In this document: piece after piece, positions 45,329 to 54,887 of the stretch
How positions within the stretch are numbered: the first letter of the stretch is position 1
Layout of the letters: every line of letters starts with the position of its first letter
NCBI GenBank assembly: GCA_965237675.1
Contig: OZ250150.1
Span: 1,536,001 to 1,600,000, forward strand
Length of the DNA: 64,000 nucleotides
Origin: Candidatus Latescibacterota bacterium
GTDB taxonomy: Bacteria; Latescibacterota; UBA2968; GCA-2709665
Direction: 5' to 3'
The notes under the pieces: model-generated
Seen by the model: only the letters and a program-made list of their open reading frames with translations
Databases searched by the model: none
What the model was told of the DNA's origin: nothing
Made by a program: the position numbers and the translations under genes

Positions 45329-46156
45329 ATGAGAGGGCGAATCCCATTTGTTGGCGCCGTGCTGCCGCTGCTCCTGGTGTCACAGACTTTCGCGGGTGCC
45401 TGGACCCAGAAGAAGGGGGAGTATTACGCGAAACTGGCGGGCGGGTATCTGAATGCGACCCAGGACATCGACGCGGCCGGGGAAAAGGTGGCCAAGGCCG
45501 GGTTGGGCGAGTTAAGGGATCTGAGCGCATCCCTCTATCTGGAGGTTGGGCTGGCCGACGAGCTGACCCTGGTGGCCTCCGCGCCCTACAAGCGGATGAA
45601 GGATATCCGCACGTTTCAGACGGGAATCGCAACGGACGAGCGGTGGGGCTTCGGCGACGTGGAGCTTCGGTTGCGGCGCAGGCTGTTGAGCAGGGATTTT
45701 GTGGTCTCCGTAGCGGCGGGCGCGAAGATTCCAACGTGGTATGAGAGCGACGTGAATACCCGGGTGCCGCTGAGCACGACCAAGATGGACGGGGACGTGC
45801 GGGTGCTCCTCGGGAAGTCCCTCTACCCGCTGCCGGGCTATACCACGGGCGAGGTGGGCTACCGGATGCGCGGGGGGACCTTCAGCAACGAATGGTTCTA
45901 TACGCTGGAGGGTGGCGTGACCGTGGATCGGTTTCTGTTCAAGGGCTTCATTTCCGCCATCCAGACGTTCGGCAACTGCGAGGCCGTGGAGGAAGTGGGC
46001 CTCATTGGAGATCAGAACGTGTTCAAAATCTCCCCGGGGATCATCTATAAAGTCAACGCCAGGCTGGAGTTGAGCCTGGATCTGGTTCACATCTTGTCCG
46101 GATGCAACACCACGGCGGGCAGTACGTTTTTTGTCGGCGTGGCGCTGAAGCCATAG
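45329..46156 (+). CDS. Putative outer-membrane beta-barrel protein
   Basis: AGGAGG SD, signal peptide then AGAWTQKKG, GFGDVEL, amphipathic strands. Confidence 0.7.
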   Translation: MRGRIPFVGAVLPLLLVSQTFAGAWTQKKGEYYAKLAGGYLNATQDIDAAGEKVAKAGLGELRDLSASLYLEVGLADELTLVASAPYKRMKDIRTFQTGIATDERWGFGDVELRLRRRLLSRDFVVSVAAGAKIPTWYESDVNTRVPLSTTKMDGDVRVLLGKSLYPLPGYTTGEVGYRMRGGTFSNEWFYTLEGGVTVDRFLFKGFISAIQTFGNCEAVEEVGLIGDQNVFKISPGIIYKVNARLELSLDLVHILSGCNTTAGSTFFVGVALKP

Positions 46157-46208
46157 CGAAGGCGCTGGACGGCGCCTGATGCCGGACCTCGCAGTGTTCA
46201 GATCACCC

Positions 46209-47078
46209 GAATCATACGAATCCCAGTATTCGCGCCGGATCCCGGGTCCCATCCCGGCGTACCTATCACAGTTTGGGTCTCAATCAGCCTTTAATCATTG
46301 CAATCATTGTAATCACAGTCAATCACCGTATTCGCGCCGGATCCCGGGTCCCATCCCGGCGTACCTATCACAGCTTGGGCCTCAATCAGCTCTTAATCAT
46401 TGCAATCATTGTAATCACAGTCAATCACAGTATTCGCGCCGGATCCGGGGTCCCATCCCGGCGTACCTATCACAGCTTGGGCCTCAATCAGCTCTTAATC
46501 ATTGCAATCATTGTAATCACAGTCAATCACAGTATTCGCGCCGGATCCGGGGTCCCATCCCGGCGTACCTATCACAGCTTGGGCCTCAATCAGCTCTTAA
46601 TCATTGCAATCATTGTAATCACAGTCAATCACAGTATTCGCGCCGGATCCGGGGTCCCATCCCGGCGTACCTATCACAGCTTGGGCCTCAATCAGCTCTT
46701 AATCATTGCAATCATTGTAATCACAGTCAATCACAGTATTCGCGCCGGATCCCGGGTCCCATCCCGGCGTACCTATCACAGTTTGGGCCTCAATCAGCTC
46801 TTAATCATACGAATCACAGTATTCGCGCCGGATCCCGGGCCCCATCCCGGCGTACCTATCACAGCTTGGGTCTCAATCAGCCTTTAATCACAGTCAATCA
46901 CAGTTAATCACAGTCAATCACAGTCAATCACAGTCAATCACAGTCAATCACCGTATTCGCGCCGGATCCCGGGCCCCATCCCGGCGTACCTATCACAGCT
47001 TGGGTCTCAATCAGCTCTTAATCATTGTAATCACAGTTAATCACAGTCAATCACAGTCAATCACAGTCAATCACAGTC
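46209..47078 (+). repeat. 8-unit tandem array (102-bp period) ending in AATCACAGTC decamers
   Basis: GTATTCGCGCCGG at 46226, 46328, 46430, 46532, 46634, 46736, 46819 and 46953. Confidence 0.95.
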
Positions 47079-47091
47079 TAGGAGGCGTTCC

Positions 47092-48117
47092 ATGGCAGGC
47101 ATTGTGATCCCGAAAGGATGGCGTATCCCGGAACGTGAAGCCACGTCGGAAGACGTGTACTTCAACCGGCGGAAGTTCCTGAAGACCGCGGGGGCGTTCG
47201 GCGCGGCCGGGGTGATGGTCAGTTGTGGGAGCAAGCAGGTGTTCGAACCGTTCGAGCCGGAGCCGGACGGTTCCACCGATGGCTCGGGGACGGATAAGGA
47301 CAAGGAAGAAGAGGAAGAAGAGATTAAGCCGGCGTACCCGGCCGACGTGAATCCGAAGTTCTCGGAATTGGACCGCAACCTGACCGACGAGACGATCGCC
47401 GGTAGCTACAACAATTATTACGAATTCAGCCGCGGTAAAACCGGAATCGAGGAAAAGGCGGAGGATTTCGTGACGAACCCCTGGACGCTGGAGGTCAAGG
47501 GGCTGGTCGGGAACCCGTTGACGCTGGATTACGGGAGTCTGTCGCGGCAATTTCCGCTGGAGGAGCGGCTCTACCGCCTGCGCTGCGTGGAGGCGTGGTC
47601 CATGGCCGTTCCGTGGACGGGATTTCCAATGAAGGCGCTGATGGACGCCGTAGAACCCCGGTCCGATGCCACCCACGTGAAATTCAACACGTTTATCAAC
47701 CCGGACCAGGCGCCCGGGCAGTTCGACAACCCCCAGTGGCCGTGGCCCTACCAGGAGGGGTTGAGGATGGATGAAGCGATGAACGAACTCACGTTCATCG
47801 CCACAGGCATCTACGGCCACGAACTGCCGAAGCAGCACGGCGCGCCAGTCCGGCTCGTGATACCGTGGAAATACGGGTTCAAAAGCGCGAAATCGATCGT
47901 GAGTATCGAATTCGTGAACGAGCAGCCGACCACGTTCTGGAATCAACTCGTGCCCAGGGAATACGGGTTTCTGGCCAACGTGGAACCGCAGGTACCGCAT
48001 CCTCGCTGGTCGCAGGCCACGGAGCGGTTCATCACAACGGACGTGTCGAAACCTCTCATACGCCCCACGTTGCTGTACAACGGGTACCAGGAATTCGTTC
48101 AGCAGATGTATGTCTGA
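47092..48117 (+). CDS. msrP: Protein-methionine-sulfoxide reductase catalytic subunit
   Basis: Tat signal RRKFLK, YNNYYEF, RLRCVEAWSM..PW.GF, HGAP.RL.IPWKYGFKS.KSI, HPRWSQA.ER. Confidence 0.93.
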   Translation: MAGIVIPKGWRIPEREATSEDVYFNRRKFLKTAGAFGAAGVMVSCGSKQVFEPFEPEPDGSTDGSGTDKDKEEEEEEIKPAYPADVNPKFSELDRNLTDETIAGSYNNYYEFSRGKTGIEEKAEDFVTNPWTLEVKGLVGNPLTLDYGSLSRQFPLEERLYRLRCVEAWSMAVPWTGFPMKALMDAVEPRSDATHVKFNTFINPDQAPGQFDNPQWPWPYQEGLRMDEAMNELTFIATGIYGHELPKQHGAPVRLVIPWKYGFKSAKSIVSIEFVNEQPTTFWNQLVPREYGFLANVEPQVPHPRWSQATERFITTDVSKPLIRPTLLYNGYQEFVQQMYV

Positions 48118-48143
48118 GGCAACGGGTGCTGGTGGGATAAACA

Positions 48144-48911
48144 ATGATTATTGACGTCAACGCATGGGTCGGGCACTGGCCGTTTCGGCAGTTGCGCCAC
48201 AATACGGTGCAGGGGCTGCTGAGGCTGATGGACCGCAGCGGGATCGACCGGGCGGTGGTTGCGTCGGTCCACGGCGTGTTCTACAAGAACGCCCATTCGG
48301 CCAACGAAGAACTGGCCAGGCAGGTACTGCGCCACCGTGACCGGTTGATTCCGTTCGCCACGCTGAATCCGACCTACGCGGGATGGGAAGCGGATCTGCG
48401 CCGGTGCGCCGAGGATCTGGAACTGTGCGGGATTCGCCTGTATCCGCAATATCACGGGTACGATCTGGAGTCGGACGCGGCGCTGGATCTTGTGGATGCC
48501 GCTACGGACCTGGGATGGTCCGTACAGGTGCCAATGCGGATTGTGGACCGGCGACAACGGCATGCCTGGGATCTGGCCGATGACCTGAAGCCGGCGATGT
48601 TTCGCCGGTTTTTTCATTTACGGCCGCATGCGCGCTGGATGATTCTGAACGGCGCCGGCTTTACCGGGCGCATCTTGCCCGCGGACGTCCGGTTCCTCGT
48701 GGACATCTCCCGCCTGACCGCGGTGTTGGAGCGCAGCATTCAGGGTCTCGCGCAGGCGTGGGGTGCCGAGCGCCTGGCCTTCGGTTCGGGGATGCCCTTC
48801 AACGCGCCCGCGCCCGCGTTGCTGAAATTGCAGATCCTGGACGCGCCCGAAACGGTAAAAGAAGCCATCGCCTGGCGAAACGCCGAAGCCATGCTGCGGT
48901 CCGGGCATTAA
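48144..48911 (+). CDS. Amidohydrolase_2 family protein
   Basis: IIDVNAW.G.WPF, MDRSGID.A, GIRLYP.YHGY, LAFGS..P. Confidence 0.8.
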   Translation: MIIDVNAWVGHWPFRQLRHNTVQGLLRLMDRSGIDRAVVASVHGVFYKNAHSANEELARQVLRHRDRLIPFATLNPTYAGWEADLRRCAEDLELCGIRLYPQYHGYDLESDAALDLVDAATDLGWSVQVPMRIVDRRQRHAWDLADDLKPAMFRRFFHLRPHARWMILNGAGFTGRILPADVRFLVDISRLTAVLERSIQGLAQAWGAERLAFGSGMPFNAPAPALLKLQILDAPETVKEAIAWRNAEAMLRSGH

Positions 48912-49062
48912 TCAGCCTTTAATCAGGTCTTAATCACAGTGAATCACAGTGAATTACAGTCTCTCCTTGGGTTTAATCAGCCTTTAATCAGGTCTTAATC
49001 ACAGTAATCACAGTAATCACAGTAATCACAGTAAATCACAGTAAATCACAGTAAATCACAGT
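48909..49062 (+). repeat. AATCACAGT(A/G) short tandem repeats
   Basis: 9-10 nt units running into the stop of the convergent peptidase gene; related copy at 51725-51772. Confidence 0.85.
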
Positions 49063-51692
49063 CGCAGTCCGAATGCCCTCGCGAAAATCAAAAAGTCGCC
49101 AAACCCGATGGTTCCGTCCCCGTCCAGGTCGAACCTGGGATCAAAATCTTCATCGGTTGTAGTCCTGCCGAACGCCTCCGCCAACGCGATGAAGTCCGCG
49201 AACCCGACGCTTCCATCAGAGTTGAAGTCGGGAGACGGCGGCGCCTCGATGGAAATAGGCTCGAATCTTCTGAAGCCCAGGGAACGACTGCCATTTCCCC
49301 ACAACCAGATCTCAAGCGCATAATCGTCGCCAATTCGCTGTTCCGGTGGGAATGAAAGCACGGTATTGAAACGTCCATTCACGACAGGCGCGTAGAATTC
49401 CCTGATGCTCGAGAAGGATCCCGGTGGCGATTCCTGATCGCTCCCGTCCCAACTCGACGCGAAGAAACGGAATTCGATTTGAGATACCGAACGATCGAGG
49501 ACCGTGCCGGCAACCCCGATCCCCTGGCCAATTCGATACGCAACCGGCATTGGCGAATCGAGTGTGATTTGGCGGAAGAAGTCAACGGGGAGCAATGCGG
49601 TCCCTTCCCCTCTCCTTACGACAAAGGGCCCAAAACCATCTTGCGGAGAAGAATATGCTGTGTTTCCTCGATACCGGTTTATCGCGAAATCGTACACGCC
49701 CGCTTTTCTGTGCGCAAAGAATATCGTCGTTGCGAATTGACCGTCTATCACAGGCGCTTCGAAGAATATGTACTCGTTGATATCGTCGTGCCAAAACCCG
49801 AGTGAAAGAAGCGTAATCGAAGGATCGGATACGGTGCCGGAAAGCCGAAGCGCCTGCCCCGTCTCGACTGCAACAGGAATCGGTGAGGAGAAGAGGATAT
49901 CGGTAAAATAGCCAACGGGAATCGGTGACGTCTCCGGACCTTCCTGTATTGTAAAGGCATTGAAAGTGCCGGCCGGAGAGAAGTCTTGTTGGTCTTCCCG
50001 TCTCGTTTCGGCCTGGAGCCTGTAGTCGCCGGCCTGTTCGTGTGAGAAGAAGAAGGTATGCCTGAATTTTCCGTCTCGAACCGGGACACGGTAAGCGTTT
50101 TCTACGCCATAATCGGTTCGCAGGAGAGAAAACCGGACTTCGGATACCAGAGGATCGGATACGGCGCCGGAAATGCGAATCGGTTTGTAGGACATGAAAG
50201 GGCCGGAAACGGGAGTGTCTAGCGTTATATTCGTGAAAAAATCGGTCGGAATCGAGATGCGGGTTCTGTCGCCCGGCGGAATCGGGATGAGTACCGCCCG
50301 GAATAAACCCTCGGCGTCGGTCTGAATCCATATCGTGCGGTTCGTTTCGTACGACAGGCGCACGAAGGCGCCGGAAAGGGGTTGGACGCTTCCGATTGCA
50401 GGCGAGGTCTCGGGCGAGACGAGAAATTCCTCCGGATGGGGGAAGGTGCGTGCGCCGCTGGTGGTGTCTGCCAGAAACGGAGTGGTGTAGTCGAGCGTGG
50501 CGTTGAGGCCCAAGCCGCTCAGGAACAGCCGGGACAGGTGCCGTTCGTAAATGTCCGTAATGCGGTCGCCCGCTGCATTCTTGACATTGGAGATACCAAC
50601 CCTGTTCGTCTGCGTCAGACGCGAGAGAATTTCCGTGCCATAGTCTTCAATGAGGCTTCGAACGAACAGATAGCCAGCGCCACGGACGCCCGGGTTCTCG
50701 ACCGACCCGCGCAACGGCGTACGGTGCGGGTTGGTGAGGAAGCGTTCGATATTCTGTCGATTGTGCGCTTCGTGTCCGCCGACCAGGTCCTCACAGACGT
50801 GCGACAGTCCTTCGTTGAGCCAGTTTTCTTCCGGCCTTCCGTTGCGAATGAGCACGTGCTGGTAGAAGCTGAAGAGATGTTGAAATTCATGGGCAAGCAC
50901 GGCATCGGTGACGTCGGGATCGTTGAATGGATTGATAAAGAGCAGGTTGATCTGGTCGCCGTTGCCGCCCTGGTTCTCAGGCAGGACCGACGCGGCGTTG
51001 AAGAATCCGCGTACCGTGGTGGTATCGTCACCGACTTCGTCAACCAGGTGGGTGTAGAGCAGGTAAACCCTCCCAATGTCCCCCGCACCCGGATCGCGTA
51101 CGAGCGCGGACGTGACAACGGGATGGATCTTTAGGCTGAATAGGTCGACATCCGCCTGGATCCGCGTCCTGCTGACGCGGCCGGTGTCGGACACGTCCAC
51201 GTAGGCGGTCGCCCGGTGGCCGCCCGCGAGGAGCACCGCCGTAACGGTCGTATCGGCCACGTTACCGAATGCCGGAAACACGAACCGGCGGGCGCCGACC
51301 AGATGCGGCGCGACTTTCGTCGCCGAGGGGCGGTATCCGCCGGTTTGTCGTACGCGGCGGGCGAGCTCCTGCTCCTGTCTTCGAAGCTGCGCTTCCAGAC
51401 CGCCGCCCGCAGGTGTGGCCGTGCCGACGCCGGAATTGTGAACCGTCACAGCATTGGCGCCGGTGGATACACTGAAAACCGAGAAGTCGTACTCAGGATT
51501 GTTTTCGAGATCGGGGGGACCATCCGTATTCAGGGAATAGAGGACCAACATGTAGTCCCGGTCGGAAAACTCGAGGGTCAGCGGGGACGATGTCCCGAGG
51601 AGCTTGACCGGGTAGGGTTCGCCGATTCTCTGCGCGAAAACCGGCTGAAAGCAGGTCAACAACAGGAGGAAGGAGTACGCTCGATATCTCAT
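49056..51692 (-). CDS. Secreted Zn metallopeptidase (M30-like) with Ig-like repeats and C-terminal dockerin-like domain
   Basis: LAHEFQHL..ENWLNEGLSH; repeated I...P.P....G.VSDP units; DFNSDGSVGFADF..DLDGDGTIGFGDF. Confidence 0.8.
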   Translation of the reverse strand: MRYRAYSFLLLLTCFQPVFAQRIGEPYPVKLLGTSSPLTLEFSDRDYMLVLYSLNTDGPPDLENNPEYDFSVFSVSTGANAVTVHNSGVGTATPAGGGLEAQLRRQEQELARRVRQTGGYRPSATKVAPHLVGARRFVFPAFGNVADTTVTAVLLAGGHRATAYVDVSDTGRVSRTRIQADVDLFSLKIHPVVTSALVRDPGAGDIGRVYLLYTHLVDEVGDDTTTVRGFFNAASVLPENQGGNGDQINLLFINPFNDPDVTDAVLAHEFQHLFSFYQHVLIRNGRPEENWLNEGLSHVCEDLVGGHEAHNRQNIERFLTNPHRTPLRGSVENPGVRGAGYLFVRSLIEDYGTEILSRLTQTNRVGISNVKNAAGDRITDIYERHLSRLFLSGLGLNATLDYTTPFLADTTSGARTFPHPEEFLVSPETSPAIGSVQPLSGAFVRLSYETNRTIWIQTDAEGLFRAVLIPIPPGDRTRISIPTDFFTNITLDTPVSGPFMSYKPIRISGAVSDPLVSEVRFSLLRTDYGVENAYRVPVRDGKFRHTFFFSHEQAGDYRLQAETRREDQQDFSPAGTFNAFTIQEGPETSPIPVGYFTDILFSSPIPVAVETGQALRLSGTVSDPSITLLSLGFWHDDINEYIFFEAPVIDGQFATTIFFAHRKAGVYDFAINRYRGNTAYSSPQDGFGPFVVRRGEGTALLPVDFFRQITLDSPMPVAYRIGQGIGVAGTVLDRSVSQIEFRFFASSWDGSDQESPPGSFSSIREFYAPVVNGRFNTVLSFPPEQRIGDDYALEIWLWGNGSRSLGFRRFEPISIEAPPSPDFNSDGSVGFADFIALAEAFGRTTTDEDFDPRFDLDGDGTIGFGDFLIFARAFGLRL

Positions 51693-51961
51693 TCGGTACC
51701 GCCGGGCGGCTATAGTTTCTCCAAGGGTTTTAATCAGCTCTTAATCACAGTCAATCATGGTGTAATCACAGTCCGGTATTGTCAAGCCTTTTTATCGAAC
51801 TTCAACAGGGAATGTTCTGCAGGAAGGCAAACACGTGCGGAAAGCGGGTAGGGAATCCCGGCGGAGAGGCGCTACGGTGGGGTCGATCCGAGATGTACAA
51901 CGAGCGGCTTTTTGGACGATGAGTTGATGACGGAGATGCAAATGTCGAGGAGCAGTCCATC

Positions 51962-52532
51962 CTAAAGTCTATTCATGAGATATTGTCACGGATAGCGGTA
52001 TCAGGAAGCAGAAACAGCTTCCGAGTGAATCGAGAAAGTGAAGTCGGTGCGAGGTTTTCGGGCTGGCATGTTAGAAGAAGAACGACAGCTCTGGCGAGAC
52101 CTGCGGGACCTACCCCCCCCCTTCCTGAGAGGAAGGGGGAACCGTGATCGGTTAATGAACGGTTGGATTGGCTGAAGACGTTTCCATTGTTGAAAAAATC
52201 CCGGCGAAATATTGTAATAGGTCAGCGTGTTGCGATCGAGAAAGTGACGAGATGACATTCTCCGATCAATCAGAGCGTAAAAAAACAGTATTTACGCAAC
52301 GCTTGGTTCAACTCCCCCTCTCCTCGCAGGAGAGGGGGCCGGGGGGAGAGGTCCTCACTAAAGACTCGCGAAAAGGATTCTGTGATGATTATCTTGAGCC
52401 TCCACGCCAGGTTGCTCCAGGTTCATTGTTATAAGGTTAATTAAGTAAGCCAGAATTCAATGACTTGAGCAAGGAGACTTCCTTTTGTGTGAATTAATGA
52501 GGCTAAAGTCTATTCATGAGATATTGTCACGG
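51962..52532 (+). mobile_element. Non-autonomous DUF559-derived element bounded by 30-bp direct repeats
   Basis: CTAAAGTCTATTCATGAGATATTGTCACGG at 51962-51991 and 52503-52532; interior is largely the reverse complement of 11790-12284. Confidence 0.7.
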
Positions 52533-52852
52533 CAATCGTGCCAATCATACAATCACAGGCAATCCCCCCAGAGTTTATCAACGGGTTTCAATCAGGTTTT
52601 AATCACATTAATCATAGTCAATCACAGTATGGAATGAGATTTGCATGAGTATTGTATGTGAAAGCCCTGACGCGGGTCGGCGGATGTCGAGGGTCCGGCA
52701 ACAGCGACGCAAAGGATCGACAGGATGACGAATAGAACCGCTCAAATGCTGACCTTCTCGTTCGTCCACTCGTTCGAACCCACATAATCCCTCGGCCTCT
52801 ACTTTCGATCCATTTGATCGCAGCAATGACCGTCGGCCCGTGATTTGCTTGA

Positions 52853-53299
52853 ATGTTGGACGTGATAAACAATGAACACAAACATTCCGTGCTCACAGGG
52901 AGGATCATCGGATGCGCGATGACGGTACATACCGCGCTGGGCAACGGCTTCCAGGAGTTCATTTATCAGAATGCGTTGAAGATAGAAATGGAGGATTATG
53001 GTATTTGCTACAGTTGTGAGCATGAAATGCCCATTTATTTCAAAGGAAAACAGATAGGTATCAGAAGAGCCGATTTCCTGGTGGAACACGTCGTCTGTGT
53101 TGAATTGAAGGCAGTGATCGAGTTGCAGGACGTCCATCTGGCACAGGCCATCAACTACCTTGAGGCGTCCGATCTGGAGGTCGGTCTGCTCATCAACTTC
53201 GGCGCAAAAAGCCTCGAATTCAAAAGAGTAACGAACAAAACGTTCAAACAACGAACCCAGGGCAACCCCACAATCCCACCATCCCGCAAATCACGTTAA
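52853..53299 (+). CDS. GxxExxY protein (PD-(D/E)XK-like)
   Basis: IIGCAM.VH..LGNGFQEFIYQNAL, RADFLVE..V.VELKA, QAINYL....GLLINFG. Confidence 0.92.
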   Translation: MLDVINNEHKHSVLTGRIIGCAMTVHTALGNGFQEFIYQNALKIEMEDYGICYSCEHEMPIYFKGKQIGIRRADFLVEHVVCVELKAVIELQDVHLAQAINYLEASDLEVGLLINFGAKSLEFKRVTNKTFKQRTQGNPTIPPSRKSR

Positions 53300-53399
53300 T
53301 TACAGCAATCCTCCAAAGTCTTTCCATGGGTTTCAATCAGGTTTTAATCGCAGTTAATCATAGTCCATCACAGTAATCATAGTTAATCATAGTTAGTGG

Positions 53400-53428
53400 T
53401 TGACATTCCAAAAACACCGGGCTATACT
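53400..53428 (+). promoter_or_regulatory. Near-consensus sigma70 promoter
   Basis: TTGACA-17bp-TATACT. Confidence 0.75.
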
Positions 53429-53481
53429 TATGTGACGTATCGACTCTGGTTGATAAATTCTCTTGATTGGAGTGCTTCATA

Positions 53482-53518
53482 AAGGCTGTCGCCGTTGGCC
53501 GAGGGCGGCGGCCTTTTC
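53482..53518 (+). terminator. Intrinsic terminator about 50-85 nt after the promoter
   Basis: AAAGGCTGTCGCC-10nt-GGCGGCGGCC-TTTT; G-U pairs favour the plus strand. Confidence 0.7.
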
Positions 53519-53538
53519 GATAACATCACACCCTAGCA

Positions 53539-53750
53539 ATCCCAGTCCTTATTTGCCTTTATCACAGTTAATCAGGATTTAATCCCAGTCCATCCCAGTC
53601 CTTATTTGCCTTTATCACAGTTAATCAGGTTTCAATCCCAGTCCATCCCAGTCCTTATTTGCCTTTATCACAGTTAATCAGGATTTAATCCCAGTCCATC
53701 CCAGTCCTTATTTGCCTTTATCACAGTTAATCAGGTTTCAATCCCAGTCC
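53539..53750 (+). repeat. 4 x 53-bp tandem repeat with alternating variants
   Basis: TTATTTGCC at 53549, 53602, 53655 and 53708; GGATTTAA and GGTTTCAA alternate. Confidence 0.92.
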
Positions 53751-53855
53751 GTTTTTGCCTTTATCATGGTCAATCATAGTTAATCCCAGTCCAGCTCTTG
53801 TTTTAATCATAGTTAATCATTAGTAATCATAGTTGTAATCATAGTCGGGGGAGCC

Positions 53856-54761
53856 ATGAACCGGTCTCGTTTTCTTTGCCTTTTCGTTGCTTTCGTTCTG
53901 TTCATTCCCGGGGGAACAGGGCATGGCGGGGAGAAGGTGGCGCTCAATTTCGTCTACAAAACAGGGCAGTCGAATCTCTATAAGAATTCCTGGACAATGG
54001 AATATTACAGCGGTCGAGCAGATCTGATCGACGAAGACAAGACTTCGGGTACGGTCGACGTGCGGATCTATGGAAACTGGAAAAGCAGGGAAGCGGTCGG
54101 CTCCATTGAAGAGGGCGCCGCCACCGTTGCGGCGGCCGTTCAGAACGCCGAGAGTACAGTGATGGAAGACCGCGTCCAGATAAGCGAAGACAATTTTCCG
54201 TATCTGCTCGATATGTTCAACAATAGGACGTTCTCCTGGCATGTGACCGCGGCGGGCGACGTGACGGGATTCAAGCCCGGCTTCAAGACGTATGAGGTGC
54301 GCCGCGAAGGCGCGATCAGCGATTTGCACCAACTCTGGTTGCCGGAAATTCATCCGGTCCTGCCCGACAGGGAGGTGGGTTCCGGCGATTCGTGGTCCGG
54401 CCTCCGGCGCCTTGAGATCCCGATCCCGGCGCTGAGGGACAAGGGTCTGGTGGAGATCAACAGCGTCTATGTATTGAAGCGGCTGGCGAAGAAGAAGGGC
54501 CGGCGGGTCGCCCTGATCGACGAGACCCGGCAGATGCGGTACCGCGGCTGGATATTTTCCAACGCGGTATCGATTATGGTCGAAGGCACCGGCGAGGGGA
54601 AGGGCAAGTGGACCATCGACGTGGGCCGGGGGCTCGTGATAGGACACGAAGTCAAGCTGTCGTTCAAAGACCTGGACGTGACCGTGATCCGGGGCAACGT
54701 CAAGGTGGAGAACCCGGGCGCCAAGATGAAGCTCGTTTTCAAACGCGAACTGGACGATTAG
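53856..54761 (+). CDS. Hypothetical exported protein
   Basis: Signal peptide, beta-rich sequence, host-like codon usage. Confidence 0.75.
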   Translation: MNRSRFLCLFVAFVLFIPGGTGHGGEKVALNFVYKTGQSNLYKNSWTMEYYSGRADLIDEDKTSGTVDVRIYGNWKSREAVGSIEEGAATVAAAVQNAESTVMEDRVQISEDNFPYLLDMFNNRTFSWHVTAAGDVTGFKPGFKTYEVRREGAISDLHQLWLPEIHPVLPDREVGSGDSWSGLRRLEIPIPALRDKGLVEINSVYVLKRLAKKKGRRVALIDETRQMRYRGWIFSNAVSIMVEGTGEGKGKWTIDVGRGLVIGHEVKLSFKDLDVTVIRGNVKVENPGAKMKLVFKRELDD

Positions 54762-54887
54762 CCGTCAACGCCGGTAGATAACGGCGGGCCGAACTTCAAA
54801 TGAAGTCCCTTCGCGGGGGCTTCGTTCCTCCACGCGACCTCTCACGCCACGGCGACCGCATCATCGGGTCCCGCCGGCATTCGGATT

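Noticed and set aside
46209-47078. CRISPR array, or the 242/204-aa repeat proteins
   Set aside because: Units are near-identical with no unique spacers and no cas genes. The ORFs are open only because the 102-bp period is a multiple of 3.
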